This document shows positions 9,614 to 18,792 of a DNA stretch of 58,468 bases, piece after piece. The notes beneath the pieces are model-generated. The model searched no databases. It was not told the origin of the DNA and was given only the letters and a program-made list of their open reading frames with translations. Numbering within the stretch: the stretch's first letter is position 1; the number at the start of each line of letters is the position of its first letter. The stretch is from Pseudomonadota bacterium (GTDB lineage Bacteria; Desulfobacterota; Desulfobacteria; Desulfobacterales; JBDRRP01). A program made the position numbers and the translations under genes. Location: the NCBI GenBank assembly GCA_043825735.1, contig JBDRRP010000037.1, positions 1 through 58,468 of the forward strand, written 5' to 3'.

Positions 9614-10216
9614 ATGCAACCCTTTATCGCCTGCCACGAATGCGATCTACTTCAAAAGATCCGCCCCCTTCCGGCCGGCAGCGTGGCTATCTGCCCCCGT
9701 TGCGGTGCCGTCATCCGGCGCCACAAGAAAAACGGTGTCGAGCGGGCGCTGGCCTACACCATTGCCGGAATCGTATTGTTCTCTGTGGCCAATGCCTTCC
9801 CCCTAATGTCGTTCAAATTCCAGGGGCAGCTTCGAGAAACCACCCTGATCACCGGCATCGTGGAGCTTTATCGAGGCGGCATGGTTGCTGTTGCCGTTTT
9901 GGTGATGTTGACCACAATCTTGGTGCCACTGCTTCATTTGCTTGGCATGCTTTACGTCCTGCTGCCGCTTCGGTTTGATCGGCTGCCGCGGCATCTGGCG
10001 CCGGTGTTTCGGATTGTCCGCGGCTCACAGTCCTGGAGCATGATGGAAGTGTTCATGCTGGGCATCCTGGTGTCCCTGGTGAAACTGGCCAAGATGGCCG
10101 AAATCGTACCGGGGCTTGCCCTGTTTGCTCTTTTTGCCCTCATCGTGGTGATTGCCGCCGGAACATCTTCTCTGGATCCCCATCGCATCTGGGAACGAAT
10201 GGACGCCCACCCATGA
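9614..10216 (+). CDS. pqiA: Paraquat-inducible protein A (N-terminal-half type)
   Basis: CHECD and CPRC zinc motifs, TM helices, WSMMEVF and SLVKL motifs. Confidence 0.9.
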   Translation: MQPFIACHECDLLQKIRPLPAGSVAICPRCGAVIRRHKKNGVERALAYTIAGIVLFSVANAFPLMSFKFQGQLRETTLITGIVELYRGGMVAVAVLVMLTTILVPLLHLLGMLYVLLPLRFDRLPRHLAPVFRIVRGSQSWSMMEVFMLGILVSLVKLAKMAEIVPGLALFALFALIVVIAAGTSSLDPHRIWERMDAHP

Positions 10217-10845
10217 CAACCCCGGCTCTCACGGCAAAACGCGCATCGATGCTTAGCTGCCACAGCTGCCATTTGTTGAGTCGCGTACCGATGTCTAAAG
10301 GCCAATTGCGGTGTCCGCGCTGCGGGGCCAGTCTGCATTCGCGAAAGCCCAACAGTATTATGCGTACCTGGGCGCTGGTCATTGCCGCATATATCTTTTA
10401 CATCCCGGCCAATGTCCTGCCGGTCATGACGACCATCTCCATAGGCAGCGTCAAGACGGATACCATCATGAGCGGTGTCATTTACTTCGTACGGACCGGC
10501 ATGTGGCCCCTCGCCCTGATCATCTTCGTGGCCAGTATATTTGTGCCGCTTTTAAAACTGTTCATCCTGACACTGCTGTTGATCACCGTGCAGCGCAGAT
10601 CGCGATGGCGCCGGAAAGACCGCACGCGCCTGTATCGCATCACGGAGGTGATCGGCCGCTGGTCGATGGTGGACATCTACGCCATTACCATTCTGGTGGC
10701 CCTGGTGCACATGGGCTCCCTGGCGACCGTTTCCGCCGGGCCTGGAGCCGTTTTTTTTGCGGCGGTCGTCGTCATCACCCTGTTTGCCGCCATGAGTTTC
10801 GATCCTCGCCTGATCTGGGATACGGAGGAGTTGGAGCATGACTGA
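10213..10845 (+). CDS. pqiA: Paraquat-inducible protein A (C-terminal-half type)
   Basis: CHSC/CPRC, YIPANVLP, GRWSMVD and FDPRLIWD motifs. Confidence 0.92.
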   Translation: MTTPALTAKRASMLSCHSCHLLSRVPMSKGQLRCPRCGASLHSRKPNSIMRTWALVIAAYIFYIPANVLPVMTTISIGSVKTDTIMSGVIYFVRTGMWPLALIIFVASIFVPLLKLFILTLLLITVQRRSRWRRKDRTRLYRITEVIGRWSMVDIYAITILVALVHMGSLATVSAGPGAVFFAAVVVITLFAAMSFDPRLIWDTEELEHD

Positions 10846-12574
10846 GTTCAAAAACGGAATCGACAATATGGATGACATGCCCGAAGCGATCATCCACCAG
10901 CGGACGAGGCAGATATCGTTCGTATGGATCATACCGCTCGCGGCGCTGATCATCGGCGCCTGGCTGGTGGTGAAAACGTTCACGGAGAAAGGCCCCACCA
11001 TCACCATCGCCTTTACTTCGGCCGAAGGTATCGAAGCAGGCAAGACGAAAATCAAATACAAAGATGTCGAGGTCGGTAAAATTACCAAAATCGATCTCAG
11101 TCCGGACCTGAGTCAGGTAATCCTGACCGCCGAGATGCAAAAAACCGTGAAACGGTTTTTATCGGTGAACACCCGGTTCTGGGTGGTGCGGGCACGCGTG
11201 GCGGCCCGGGAGATTTCGGGGCTGAGCACTTTGTTTTCCGGAGCATACATCGGTCTGGATCCCGGCGAACCCGGAGAACCCGGCGAACATTACATAGGCC
11301 TCGACACCCCCCCCGTCATTACATCCCACCTGGAAGGCCGACAATTTATCCTGGTCGCCGAACGATTAGGGTCCATCGACATCGGCTCGCCGGTGTATTT
11401 TCGGCAGATCGCAGTGGGCCGGGTGATCGGCTTTTCGCTGGATTTGAAACGCCAGAACATTCTGGTAAAAGTGTTTATAAATGCGCCCTACCACTCGTTG
11501 GTAAAGGAAAACTCCCGGTTCTGGAATGCCAGCGGGGTGGACTTTTCGCTGGACGCGACCGGCGTCCGCCTGGCCACGGAGTCTCTGGTATCTATGGTGA
11601 TCGGCGGAGTGGCCTTTGACACGCCGGTGAACTTCGGCAGCGACGCACCGGCCAAAGAAGGCGATATTTTTACACTGTATAGCGGCAAATCCCAGATCTT
11701 TGAAGAAACCTATGAATATAAAAAACTGTGGCTCCTCCAGTTCGACGGATCGGTGCGGGGGCTTTCCGTCGGGGCACCTGTGGAGCTCAGAGGCATTCGG
11801 CTCGGCAAGGTTCTGGACATCAATGTGGAATTCTCCCCGAAGGGCCAGGGAATCCACGTCAATGTGCTGATCGAAACCGAACCGCAACGCGTCGGCGCCC
11901 CAATGTTGGCTGATGACGATTTTCATCAGCTCATGGACCAATGGGTGGCCCAGGGCATGCGGGCGCAGCTGAAGACCGGCAACCTGATCACCGGGCACCT
12001 GTACGTGGAAATCGACTTCCATCCCAACGCGCCGACAGCGGTGATCGATTGGGCCGGTCGTTACCCGCGGCTGCCGACCCTGCCCGGGAATCTGGAAATC
12101 ATCACGGCCAGCGTGACCAACCTTCTCGACAAAATGTCGAACCTGCCCATCCAGGAAATCGGCCGAGATTTACGGAACATGGCCCAGGGGATGAGCGCCC
12201 TGGTGAATTCCGACGAAATGCGGCAGGCCCTCACCGATCTGAGCCATACGATGAAGGAAACCAAAATACTCGCGGCCTCCCTGAACCAGAATCTCCCGCC
12301 GGCCGTCGACAAAGCCAACGGCATTCTTGAAGATATCCGGAAGTTGTCCAATCACCTCAACGACAAGGTGGTGCCGGCCGTGGACGAAACCCTGAAACAT
12401 GCCCAGACGGCAATGACCGGGGTCGCCGGCACAGTTGGCCCGGATTCGCAGACGATGCGCCAGCTCAACCGGGCGCTCGTCGAACTGGCCGAAGCAGCCA
12501 AGGCGTTCCGGGGGCTGGCCGACTATCTGGAACGGCATCCGGATGCATTGATCTATGGAAAGGGAGAAAAGTGA
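10838..12574 (+). CDS. pqiB: Intermembrane transport protein PqiB (MCE/MlaD domains)
   Basis: VWIIP anchor, three MCE repeats (GIEAGKT, GSPVYFR, GLSVGAPV), C-terminal YLERHPDALIYG. Confidence 0.92.
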   Translation: MTEFKNGIDNMDDMPEAIIHQRTRQISFVWIIPLAALIIGAWLVVKTFTEKGPTITIAFTSAEGIEAGKTKIKYKDVEVGKITKIDLSPDLSQVILTAEMQKTVKRFLSVNTRFWVVRARVAAREISGLSTLFSGAYIGLDPGEPGEPGEHYIGLDTPPVITSHLEGRQFILVAERLGSIDIGSPVYFRQIAVGRVIGFSLDLKRQNILVKVFINAPYHSLVKENSRFWNASGVDFSLDATGVRLATESLVSMVIGGVAFDTPVNFGSDAPAKEGDIFTLYSGKSQIFEETYEYKKLWLLQFDGSVRGLSVGAPVELRGIRLGKVLDINVEFSPKGQGIHVNVLIETEPQRVGAPMLADDDFHQLMDQWVAQGMRAQLKTGNLITGHLYVEIDFHPNAPTAVIDWAGRYPRLPTLPGNLEIITASVTNLLDKMSNLPIQEIGRDLRNMAQGMSALVNSDEMRQALTDLSHTMKETKILAASLNQNLPPAVDKANGILEDIRKLSNHLNDKVVPAVDETLKHAQTAMTGVAGTVGPDSQTMRQLNRALVELAEAAKAFRGLADYLERHPDALIYGKGEK

Positions 12575-13191
12575 CTATGGCGCTCAAGCATTGGGTAACC
12601 ACCGCGCTGGTGGTGTTCGCGGCCATCGGCTTGACCTCCGGCTGCCGGAGTGCCTCCCCGGCGACCAGTTTTTATACGCTGACCGCCGTGGTCCCGGCAC
12701 CCGGGGCCGTCATCGGAAACGACACCGCGCCGCCACCGGCGATCATCGGCGTTGGCCCGGTCACCGTGCCAAGGATGCTCAACCGGGCACAAATCGTCAC
12801 GCGCGCAACGCCGAACCGGGTAACCATGAATGACTTCCACCGGTGGGCCGGCGACCTGGAAGACAACTTTCTGCATGTCCTGACGGAAAACCTGGCGGCC
12901 CTGGTGGTGCCCCACCCGGTGCGCGCATTCCCGTGGGAAGCGTTGGACGCGCCCCGGTATCGCGTGGCCGTGACCGTCCACCGTTTGGATGGCAGCCTTG
13001 AGGGCAGCATCGTCATGGATGTGATCTGGAACGTTACCGATATCGACGCCGGGAAACAGATTTTATCGAAACGATCGGTGGTCAGCGAGGCTGTGGAAAA
13101 GCCGGATTACGAATCATTCGTGGCAGCGCAAAGCCGCGCCATTGGCGTTCTCAGCAAAGAAATGGCCGACGCCTTGAATGCACTGATGTAA
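12571..13191 (+). CDS. pqiC: PqiC-family outer membrane lipoprotein
   Basis: Lipobox TSGC, IGVGPV, HRWAGDL; follows pqiB. Confidence 0.85.
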   Translation: MTMALKHWVTTALVVFAAIGLTSGCRSASPATSFYTLTAVVPAPGAVIGNDTAPPPAIIGVGPVTVPRMLNRAQIVTRATPNRVTMNDFHRWAGDLEDNFLHVLTENLAALVVPHPVRAFPWEALDAPRYRVAVTVHRLDGSLEGSIVMDVIWNVTDIDAGKQILSKRSVVSEAVEKPDYESFVAAQSRAIGVLSKEMADALNALM

Positions 13192-13208
13192 AAAGGTATC
13201 CAACCATA

Positions 13209-13246
13209 AAAAAAGGTGCCGAGCCACCGGGGCGGGTGGCTCGGCT
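13209..13246 (-). terminator. Rho-independent terminator
   Basis: Minus strand GCCGAGCCACC-loop-GGTGGCTCGGC followed by acc and a T-tract; lies between convergent units. Confidence 0.75.
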
Positions 13247-13442
13247 GGAGGGAGAGAGACGCTGATTGGGTTTTTCAGCACTCTCCATGAGGGGCATCGA
13301 TTGCCGGGGTGGCAAGTCCGCCCCTCCTTGGGGTATTTGGATATTAATCCCCCAACATTGCTGGAACGTGACGCCAAGATTACCGTTTCGTCATGTTGAT
13401 AAATGCTTCGTAAGATGCTTTCCACATCCCCCCATCGGCCCA

Positions 13443-14960
13443 TCACCTCATCAAAACGAATCGTCCCTTGAGTTGCTGCGCATCCGGCGACAGTGATGGC
13501 GTCTGCTGGACATTTAACGACTTGGCCTCATCCTCGACCAGCGGTTTGACATAGTCGTAAATCTCTACGATATCCTTTTTGCCGTCCTTGAGCGCTTTGA
13601 GAAAATAGTATGTGAAAACGCCGTGTCCTTTTTCAGGTGACGATGTGCTGATCTGAGAGCCCTGGCTCGCGGTAAGAACCGCCATGTTTTCTGATATAAC
13701 CCGCGTATCTGTCGTCATTACCAAAGGCCTGGCGCCTTTTGCGAGAACACTTCTGCCGCCAGAACCTGAAAAACATGAATCCAGAACCACGATAATCTCC
13801 TTTGCTCCCAGTTCCGCCAACCGCGCATAAAGTCTTTTCAGGGGATAACCGGTCACAGCCAGATAATTCGGATCGCCGTCATAGGGAACAATGAAAGCTT
13901 CACCGGTTAAAGGATCGGGAGCCCCATGGCCCGAATAATAAACAAACACATTTCCGCCCTTCTTGAGCTTATTTGGCAGCCAGGCTTCAATCGATTTCAT
14001 AATCCCTGACAGCGTTGCCTTTTCATCGGTCAGCAATTCGATGTTTCTCTCCTTTACTCCCAGCGCCTTAAAGTAATTTTTTACCAGCACGGCATCGTCG
14101 TATGAGTAATCGGATTTCGGCAAACTACTATAACCTTCAATGCCGATAATGATTGCGAAATCATTATCGCCCATGATTTTTGATTCTGCGCCGAAAACAG
14201 GATTGTCGATATCGGATTGAACCGCGGCGCCTGACTTTATGTCTTTGCTTTGAGCTTGCGTTGCATTTTCAACTGCGGATTTAACAATATTGGCCAAGTC
14301 TTCTTTGGATATGCCTTGAGAGACATTGGCTTGCGGGGCGTTCTGCCCGGCCTTGAACTGGCTAAGTAACGCTATGCCGTTATTGGCTTTATTGTAGGCC
14401 TCTCTATTTGCCGGGCTATCTAAATAGGGTGCATTTCCTGCGGCATGGTTTTTAAGCGCCTCTATTGCCAAATCCAGATCCGCCCCATGATTTAATAATA
14501 TTCTAACGGTCTCCTTTTGTCTCTGGCCGCCCATCGCCGCCACAGATAGGGGCGTCTGGTTTCCATATCCGGCGTCAACGCTAAACCCTTTTGCCAAGAG
14601 TTTTTCAACGATGTCATTATAGCCGCCATAGGCCGCATAATATAAAATATTGCTGGTACATGAACCGCCGCTATTCATTTTTTCATAAGCCGCGTTAATC
14701 AAAAAACCGTATACTTCAGGTTTAAACTCGGCAACATAGTCTAATGGCGAGAGCCCGTAATCTCCTGAGGGCTCGCATGGATCAGCCCCTTTATTGAGCA
14801 ATTCTTTGACGGCATCGACATCGCCTCGCTCTGCGGCCTTTCCCAAAGGTGAGGCGGGCCCTACTGACACGCAACCGGCAAGAAGAAGCGAGAATACAAG
14901 AATTAATAACAAAGGAGGGAATACAATTATTCCCCTATCGAAGGATAACGCTTTCTTCAT
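13443..14960 (-). CDS. Lipoprotein with ankyrin repeats and a caspase-like (peptidase C14) domain
   Basis: Lipobox LAGC, ankyrin motifs (SPLGKAA, TPLSVAA), catalytic YSGHG and DSCFSG. Confidence 0.88.
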   Translation of the reverse strand: MKKALSFDRGIIVFPPLLLILVFSLLLAGCVSVGPASPLGKAAERGDVDAVKELLNKGADPCEPSGDYGLSPLDYVAEFKPEVYGFLINAAYEKMNSGGSCTSNILYYAAYGGYNDIVEKLLAKGFSVDAGYGNQTPLSVAAMGGQRQKETVRILLNHGADLDLAIEALKNHAAGNAPYLDSPANREAYNKANNGIALLSQFKAGQNAPQANVSQGISKEDLANIVKSAVENATQAQSKDIKSGAAVQSDIDNPVFGAESKIMGDNDFAIIIGIEGYSSLPKSDYSYDDAVLVKNYFKALGVKERNIELLTDEKATLSGIMKSIEAWLPNKLKKGGNVFVYYSGHGAPDPLTGEAFIVPYDGDPNYLAVTGYPLKRLYARLAELGAKEIIVVLDSCFSGSGGRSVLAKGARPLVMTTDTRVISENMAVLTASQGSQISTSSPEKGHGVFTYYFLKALKDGKKDIVEIYDYVKPLVEDEAKSLNVQQTPSLSPDAQQLKGRFVLMR

Positions 14961-15021
14961 GACCTATCTCCTGATAGTTGCCGATCGTAAAATCATATGC
15001 TCATCGGCGATGATTTCGCGG

Positions 15022-15204
15022 TTATTTTCCCCCGATCAACTGCGGCGTCTGCTCGTTGTTGTACTGCTTTCTGGCGATACGCTCCACCTGAGGCGCGAGG
15101 TAACCGAACAGGTCGTCCACCTTGAGAGAGCCGTCCACGTTGACGACGCCTTCGTTCTTGATGCCCTTGAGCAAATAATAGGTGAACAGCCCGTGCCCCT
15201 TTTC
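15022..15204 (-). pseudogene. C-terminal remnant of a second caspase-family gene
   Basis: Startless frame EKGHGLFTYYLLKGIKNEG...EQTPQLIGGK*, homologous to EKGHGVFTYYFLKAL...QQTPSL in the downstream gene. Confidence 0.75.
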
Positions 15205-16030
15205 ACCTTGTCAGTCGGTAAACGGCGGTGGCTTCGGTCCAGTCGCCCGGCGCCAGGTGGTTGAGCCGTCGCACCAGGTCGCTGATCATTCCCGTCGCGT
15301 GGGCGTCATAGACTTCGAACATTCCTTCCTTGAATCCAAGGGAGATCAGGTCCTCTTTATTGCGGGTGGCGATCAGCTTGATGCGCTCCTCAGCGAAATT
15401 TTCCACGTATCCGGGCAAAAATGCGGCGGTCAGCCGGATGGGACTGCCGTCGGGGGGAAACACATGGACCGTATCGGCTTTTGTCAGGTTGTCGGTCTGG
15501 CGGGAGTTGGGCAACAGCAGGGTCACCGAGCCGTCGGCGGCGACCGAAAAAATGTAAACGTAGCAATCCTGGTTCGGCTCGTAGATGATCCGGACCGCGT
15601 CGCCGGTCACAAGGTCCGTTTTGGACAGCAACAGCCTGACGGCAAGGCCTTCGCCCTTTTCCGGAAATACCGGCGCGATGAGGGCTTTGATCTTGACCCG
15701 GTAAAGGGTTCGGTCCGCCGGGTCCCACCCCTCGCCCAGGATCTCGGTTTTCTCGATGCGCCCCCTCACCGAGGCGAACACCAGGTCCTCGGCCAGTTGG
15801 TTGTTCGATACCAGAGAATGCGACTTGATAAAAACGCCGACAGCGGTTTCCAGGGCGTTTTTCTGGGCATCGCGCCTGGCCCGATCCTTGACTTCAGTGG
15901 AGGTTTCGATGTCTCCGAGAACCGCCTGGCCGGCGGCCTCGACCCATACCGGTTTTTCAGCGGAAAAGACTGTTGATGAAATCACGGGCAGCAGCAGAAA
16001 AAGAAGAACCAGGCCAGCCTTTTTCATCAT
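15203..16030 (-). CDS. Exported DUF4384-domain protein with an FlgT/LPP20-like N-terminus
   Basis: Signal peptide MMKKAGLVLLFLLL; ARRDAQKNALETAVGV; DUF4384-like CYVYIFSVAADGSVTLLLPN. Confidence 0.75.
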   Translation of the reverse strand: MMKKAGLVLLFLLLPVISSTVFSAEKPVWVEAAGQAVLGDIETSTEVKDRARRDAQKNALETAVGVFIKSHSLVSNNQLAEDLVFASVRGRIEKTEILGEGWDPADRTLYRVKIKALIAPVFPEKGEGLAVRLLLSKTDLVTGDAVRIIYEPNQDCYVYIFSVAADGSVTLLLPNSRQTDNLTKADTVHVFPPDGSPIRLTAAFLPGYVENFAEERIKLIATRNKEDLISLGFKEGMFEVYDAHATGMISDLVRRLNHLAPGDWTEATAVYRLTR

Positions 16031-16228
16031 ATTTTCATCGCCTTTTCGGTAGATGCGATTTGCCACCGGGTTATCTGTTCGAATATATTTGGACTGAGGC
16101 GGGAAATCAAATTGTTTGGGCATTTGCCGGCACCGGTCTTCGGTTTCACCTGTTCCGCGGGAAAAAAGGGGGGCTCTCCTCGCACAGCCAATAGGGGTGA
16201 ATTTGAGCGTTCATGGTTCACCGGGCGC

Positions 16229-16339
16229 GGGCGGGGATAAACCCCGCACCCTACGAAAAACCCTAAGGACATGGATCTGAAAATGTAGGGCGAGGGGTTT
16301 ACTTGTCCGCCATAGCCTTGGTGGCGGCTGATCCCCTCC
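16229..16339. repeat. Inverted pair of GTAG-type REP elements; the second is interrupted by a ~30-nt palindromic insert
   Basis: Reverse complement of 16229-16254 is GTAGGGTGCGGGGTTTATCCCCGCCC; from 16285 the sequence is GTAGGGCGAGGGGTTTA[insert]TCCCCTCCC. Confidence 0.65.
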
Positions 16340-16435
16340 CGCGGGCTGACACGCACTGGCCGTGCCGCTGGTTCAACGAAAACCCATGGCCATATACCGG
16401 ATGATCGGATGACGGACTGAACCTTACGGCTGTCT

Positions 16436-17017
16436 TTACTTGGCATTCTTCTTTGTGGCCGCGTACTTCTTGAAGGCCCTCTCGAAGATGGCGGCGACCT
16501 CCTCCTCAAGGTAGGGCCCTTCGACGACCATCGGCGAACTCATGTACCCGGCGGCCTCACGGCTGGACAGATTGATGCGCGGCCAGTTGCCGTAACGATC
16601 GGTGATGGCATAAGCGCGGGCCTCGCTCAGACCGTAGACGACGCGCCCGATACCGGCATTGAACATGGTGAACATACACATGGCGCAGGGCTCTACGCTG
16701 GAATAAAGGGTCGATTTCGCCCTGAGTTCCGGGTCGTTGAAGTACTTCCTGCAGAACCTCGAGGCCAGGGCGGACTCCGCGTGCTGCGTATGGTCATGCA
16801 GCTTGAAATCCTGATTCTCCCCCCTCATCAAGATGGTGCCGTCGGGTCCGGCGATCACGGCGCCAAAGGGGGGCTGCCCGGCCTGGACCGCCACCCGGGT
16901 GACGTCGATGGCGGCGCGCAGATTCTCCATGTCCTTGCCGGTCAGAGGCGCTTCGGCCCGGGCCATGGAAGAAAAGGCGGTGACAAAAATCAATATTAAT
17001 CCGAAAATCGGTTTCAT
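16436..17017 (-). CDS. Zinc-dependent nucleoside/nucleobase deaminase with an N-terminal signal peptide
   Basis: PFGAVI, HAE and EPCAMC motifs; hydrophobic leader ending in ARA. Confidence 0.85.
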   Translation of the reverse strand: MKPIFGLILIFVTAFSSMARAEAPLTGKDMENLRAAIDVTRVAVQAGQPPFGAVIAGPDGTILMRGENQDFKLHDHTQHAESALASRFCRKYFNDPELRAKSTLYSSVEPCAMCMFTMFNAGIGRVVYGLSEARAYAITDRYGNWPRINLSSREAAGYMSSPMVVEGPYLEEEVAAIFERAFKKYAATKKNAK

Positions 17018-17140
17018 ATTTCCTCCCCGGCGTTATGAACGCGTAGTGCACCAAGTGCTCCGGAAAGAGCGGCAAATTAAAGGCATTGCATTATAGAAAT
17101 AAATTTCTAATCTGCAAGATCTTTACTCTCTGCGGTTGCA

Positions 17141-17464
17141 TCACGCCTCATTCACCGGCCGCCCGCTGTCGGTCCAGGCCTTGAGGCCGCCTTCTAAAAA
17201 TACCGCCTCGATCCCTTTTTTCTGCAGCCGCTCGGACACGGACCGGCTCACCGAGCCGCCCTTGACGCAGTAGACCACGGTGGGCTGGCCCTCGGAGAGC
17301 TCGGACGCCCAAAGGTCGACGGCTTCCGGATCGCGCCACACGGCGCCGGGGATGGTCCGCGGGGCGTCGTCAAAATCCGCCTTTCGCCGCACGTCGAGCA
17401 GCACCGGCGCATCATCGCTGTCAATCAGTTGGTGCAACGTGGAAATGTCGATGGCACGGGTCAT
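17141..17464 (-). CDS. Rhodanese-like protein (ChrE-like)
   Basis: LDVRR, IPGA, VYCVKGGSVS, LEGG motifs; last gene of the chr operon. Confidence 0.8.
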   Translation of the reverse strand: MTRAIDISTLHQLIDSDDAPVLLDVRRKADFDDAPRTIPGAVWRDPEAVDLWASELSEGQPTVVYCVKGGSVSRSVSERLQKKGIEAVFLEGGLKAWTDSGRPVNEA

Positions 17465-17490
17465 GGGAGCGTTTCCTTTTCGTCAGGTTG

Positions 17491-18792
17491 TCAGAGCACC
17501 ACCTTCCAGATCACCCCGACGGCAGCGCCGATGGGGACCAGGTAGTGCACGGGAAAATGATATTTCTGAAGCAGCAGCAGGGACAGCGCGGCGGCGGCCA
17601 CGGCAAAGGCGTCGATGCCGCCGCCGGGCAGGGTCACCTTGATGCCGAACCACACCGCCAGGTTGAGGATCACGCCGACCACCGCCGCGGTAACCCCGGT
17701 GAGCGCCGCCTGGAGCCGCTGGTTGCCGGCCATGGCCTCGATATAGGGGGCGCCTGCGAAGATAAAGAAAAAGCAGGGCAAAAAAGTGACGTAGGTGGTG
17801 ATCAGCGCGCCGAAAATACCCGCCGTCAACGGGGTGAGACCTCCCGGCAGGTGCCAGGCCCCCAAAAACCCCACGTACTGGGTCACCATGATGAGCGGGC
17901 CGGGCGTGGACTCGGCCAGGCCGAGACCGATCAGCATCTGCGCCGTCGTGAGCCAGCCGTTGGTCACCGCCACGTCGGTGATGTAGCTCAGCACGGCGTA
18001 GGCGCCGCCGAAGGTGACGAAGGCCGCCTTGGTGAAAAACAGGGCGATCCGGGTCAGGGTGCCTTCCGACCCGTGCCAGACCCAAACACCGCCGACGACA
18101 AGACCCCACAGGACCGCGCAGACGAGAAAAACCCGGATGACATGGACGAAAGATGGCGCAACGCGCGCCTGCCCGAGGTCGGTTTCGGCTTTTATGCGGC
18201 ATTCCCGCGATTGCAGATCGAAGTCGCCCTTGCAAAAAACTTGAGGCCACCGGCGCTGCATGAGAAGGCCCCCCAGGGCCGCTGCAGCGACAATGGCGGG
18301 AAACGGCACTTTGAAGAAAAAGATAGCGACAAACGCCGCCACGGCAAATCCATAGAGCATGTGATGCTTGAGCGCCTTCTTGCCGATGCGCAGCACCGCT
18401 TCCACCACAACAGCCACCACCACCGGCTGGATGCCATAGAAGGCGGCGGCCACCAGCGGCACGTCGATGTGGGCCACGGCCAGATAGCTGAGCAGCATCA
18501 TGAGGAAAATCGAGGGAATCACGAAAAGCGATCCAGCAGCGATGCCGCCGATCGTGCCGTGCAGCCGCCAGCCGATATAGGTGGCGAGCTGCTGGGCCTC
18601 CGGGCCGGGCAGCAGCATGCAGAAATTGAGCGCCCGCAGGAACTGGCTCTCACCGATCCACCCCCGCCGCGTCACCACCTCCTGGTGCATGATGGCGATC
18701 TGCCCGGCCGGACCGCCGAAACTGATAAAACCCAGTTTGGTCCAGAATTTCAGCGCTTCCTTGAAAGGCACAGTTGACATTGCAGTGTTCAT
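17491..18792 (-). CDS. chrA: Chromate efflux transporter
   Basis: SFGGPAGQIA, LLPGPEAQQ, TFGGAYAVL and ESTPGP motifs in two homologous halves. Confidence 0.95.
   Translation of the reverse strand: MNTAMSTVPFKEALKFWTKLGFISFGGPAGQIAIMHQEVVTRRGWIGESQFLRALNFCMLLPGPEAQQLATYIGWRLHGTIGGIAAGSLFVIPSIFLMMLLSYLAVAHIDVPLVAAAFYGIQPVVVAVVVEAVLRIGKKALKHHMLYGFAVAAFVAIFFFKVPFPAIVAAAALGGLLMQRRWPQVFCKGDFDLQSRECRIKAETDLGQARVAPSFVHVIRVFLVCAVLWGLVVGGVWVWHGSEGTLTRIALFFTKAAFVTFGGAYAVLSYITDVAVTNGWLTTAQMLIGLGLAESTPGPLIMVTQYVGFLGAWHLPGGLTPLTAGIFGALITTYVTFLPCFFFIFAGAPYIEAMAGNQRLQAALTGVTAAVVGVILNLAVWFGIKVTLPGGGIDAFAVAAAALSLLLLQKYHFPVHYLVPIGAAVGVIWKVVL

Noticed and set aside
17488..18777. 429-aa plus-strand ORF (likewise 20525-21565, 25947-27323, 31173-32033, 52668-53897, 56162-57145)
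   Set aside because: Antisense shadows of well-supported genes, expected with GC-rich codon usage.
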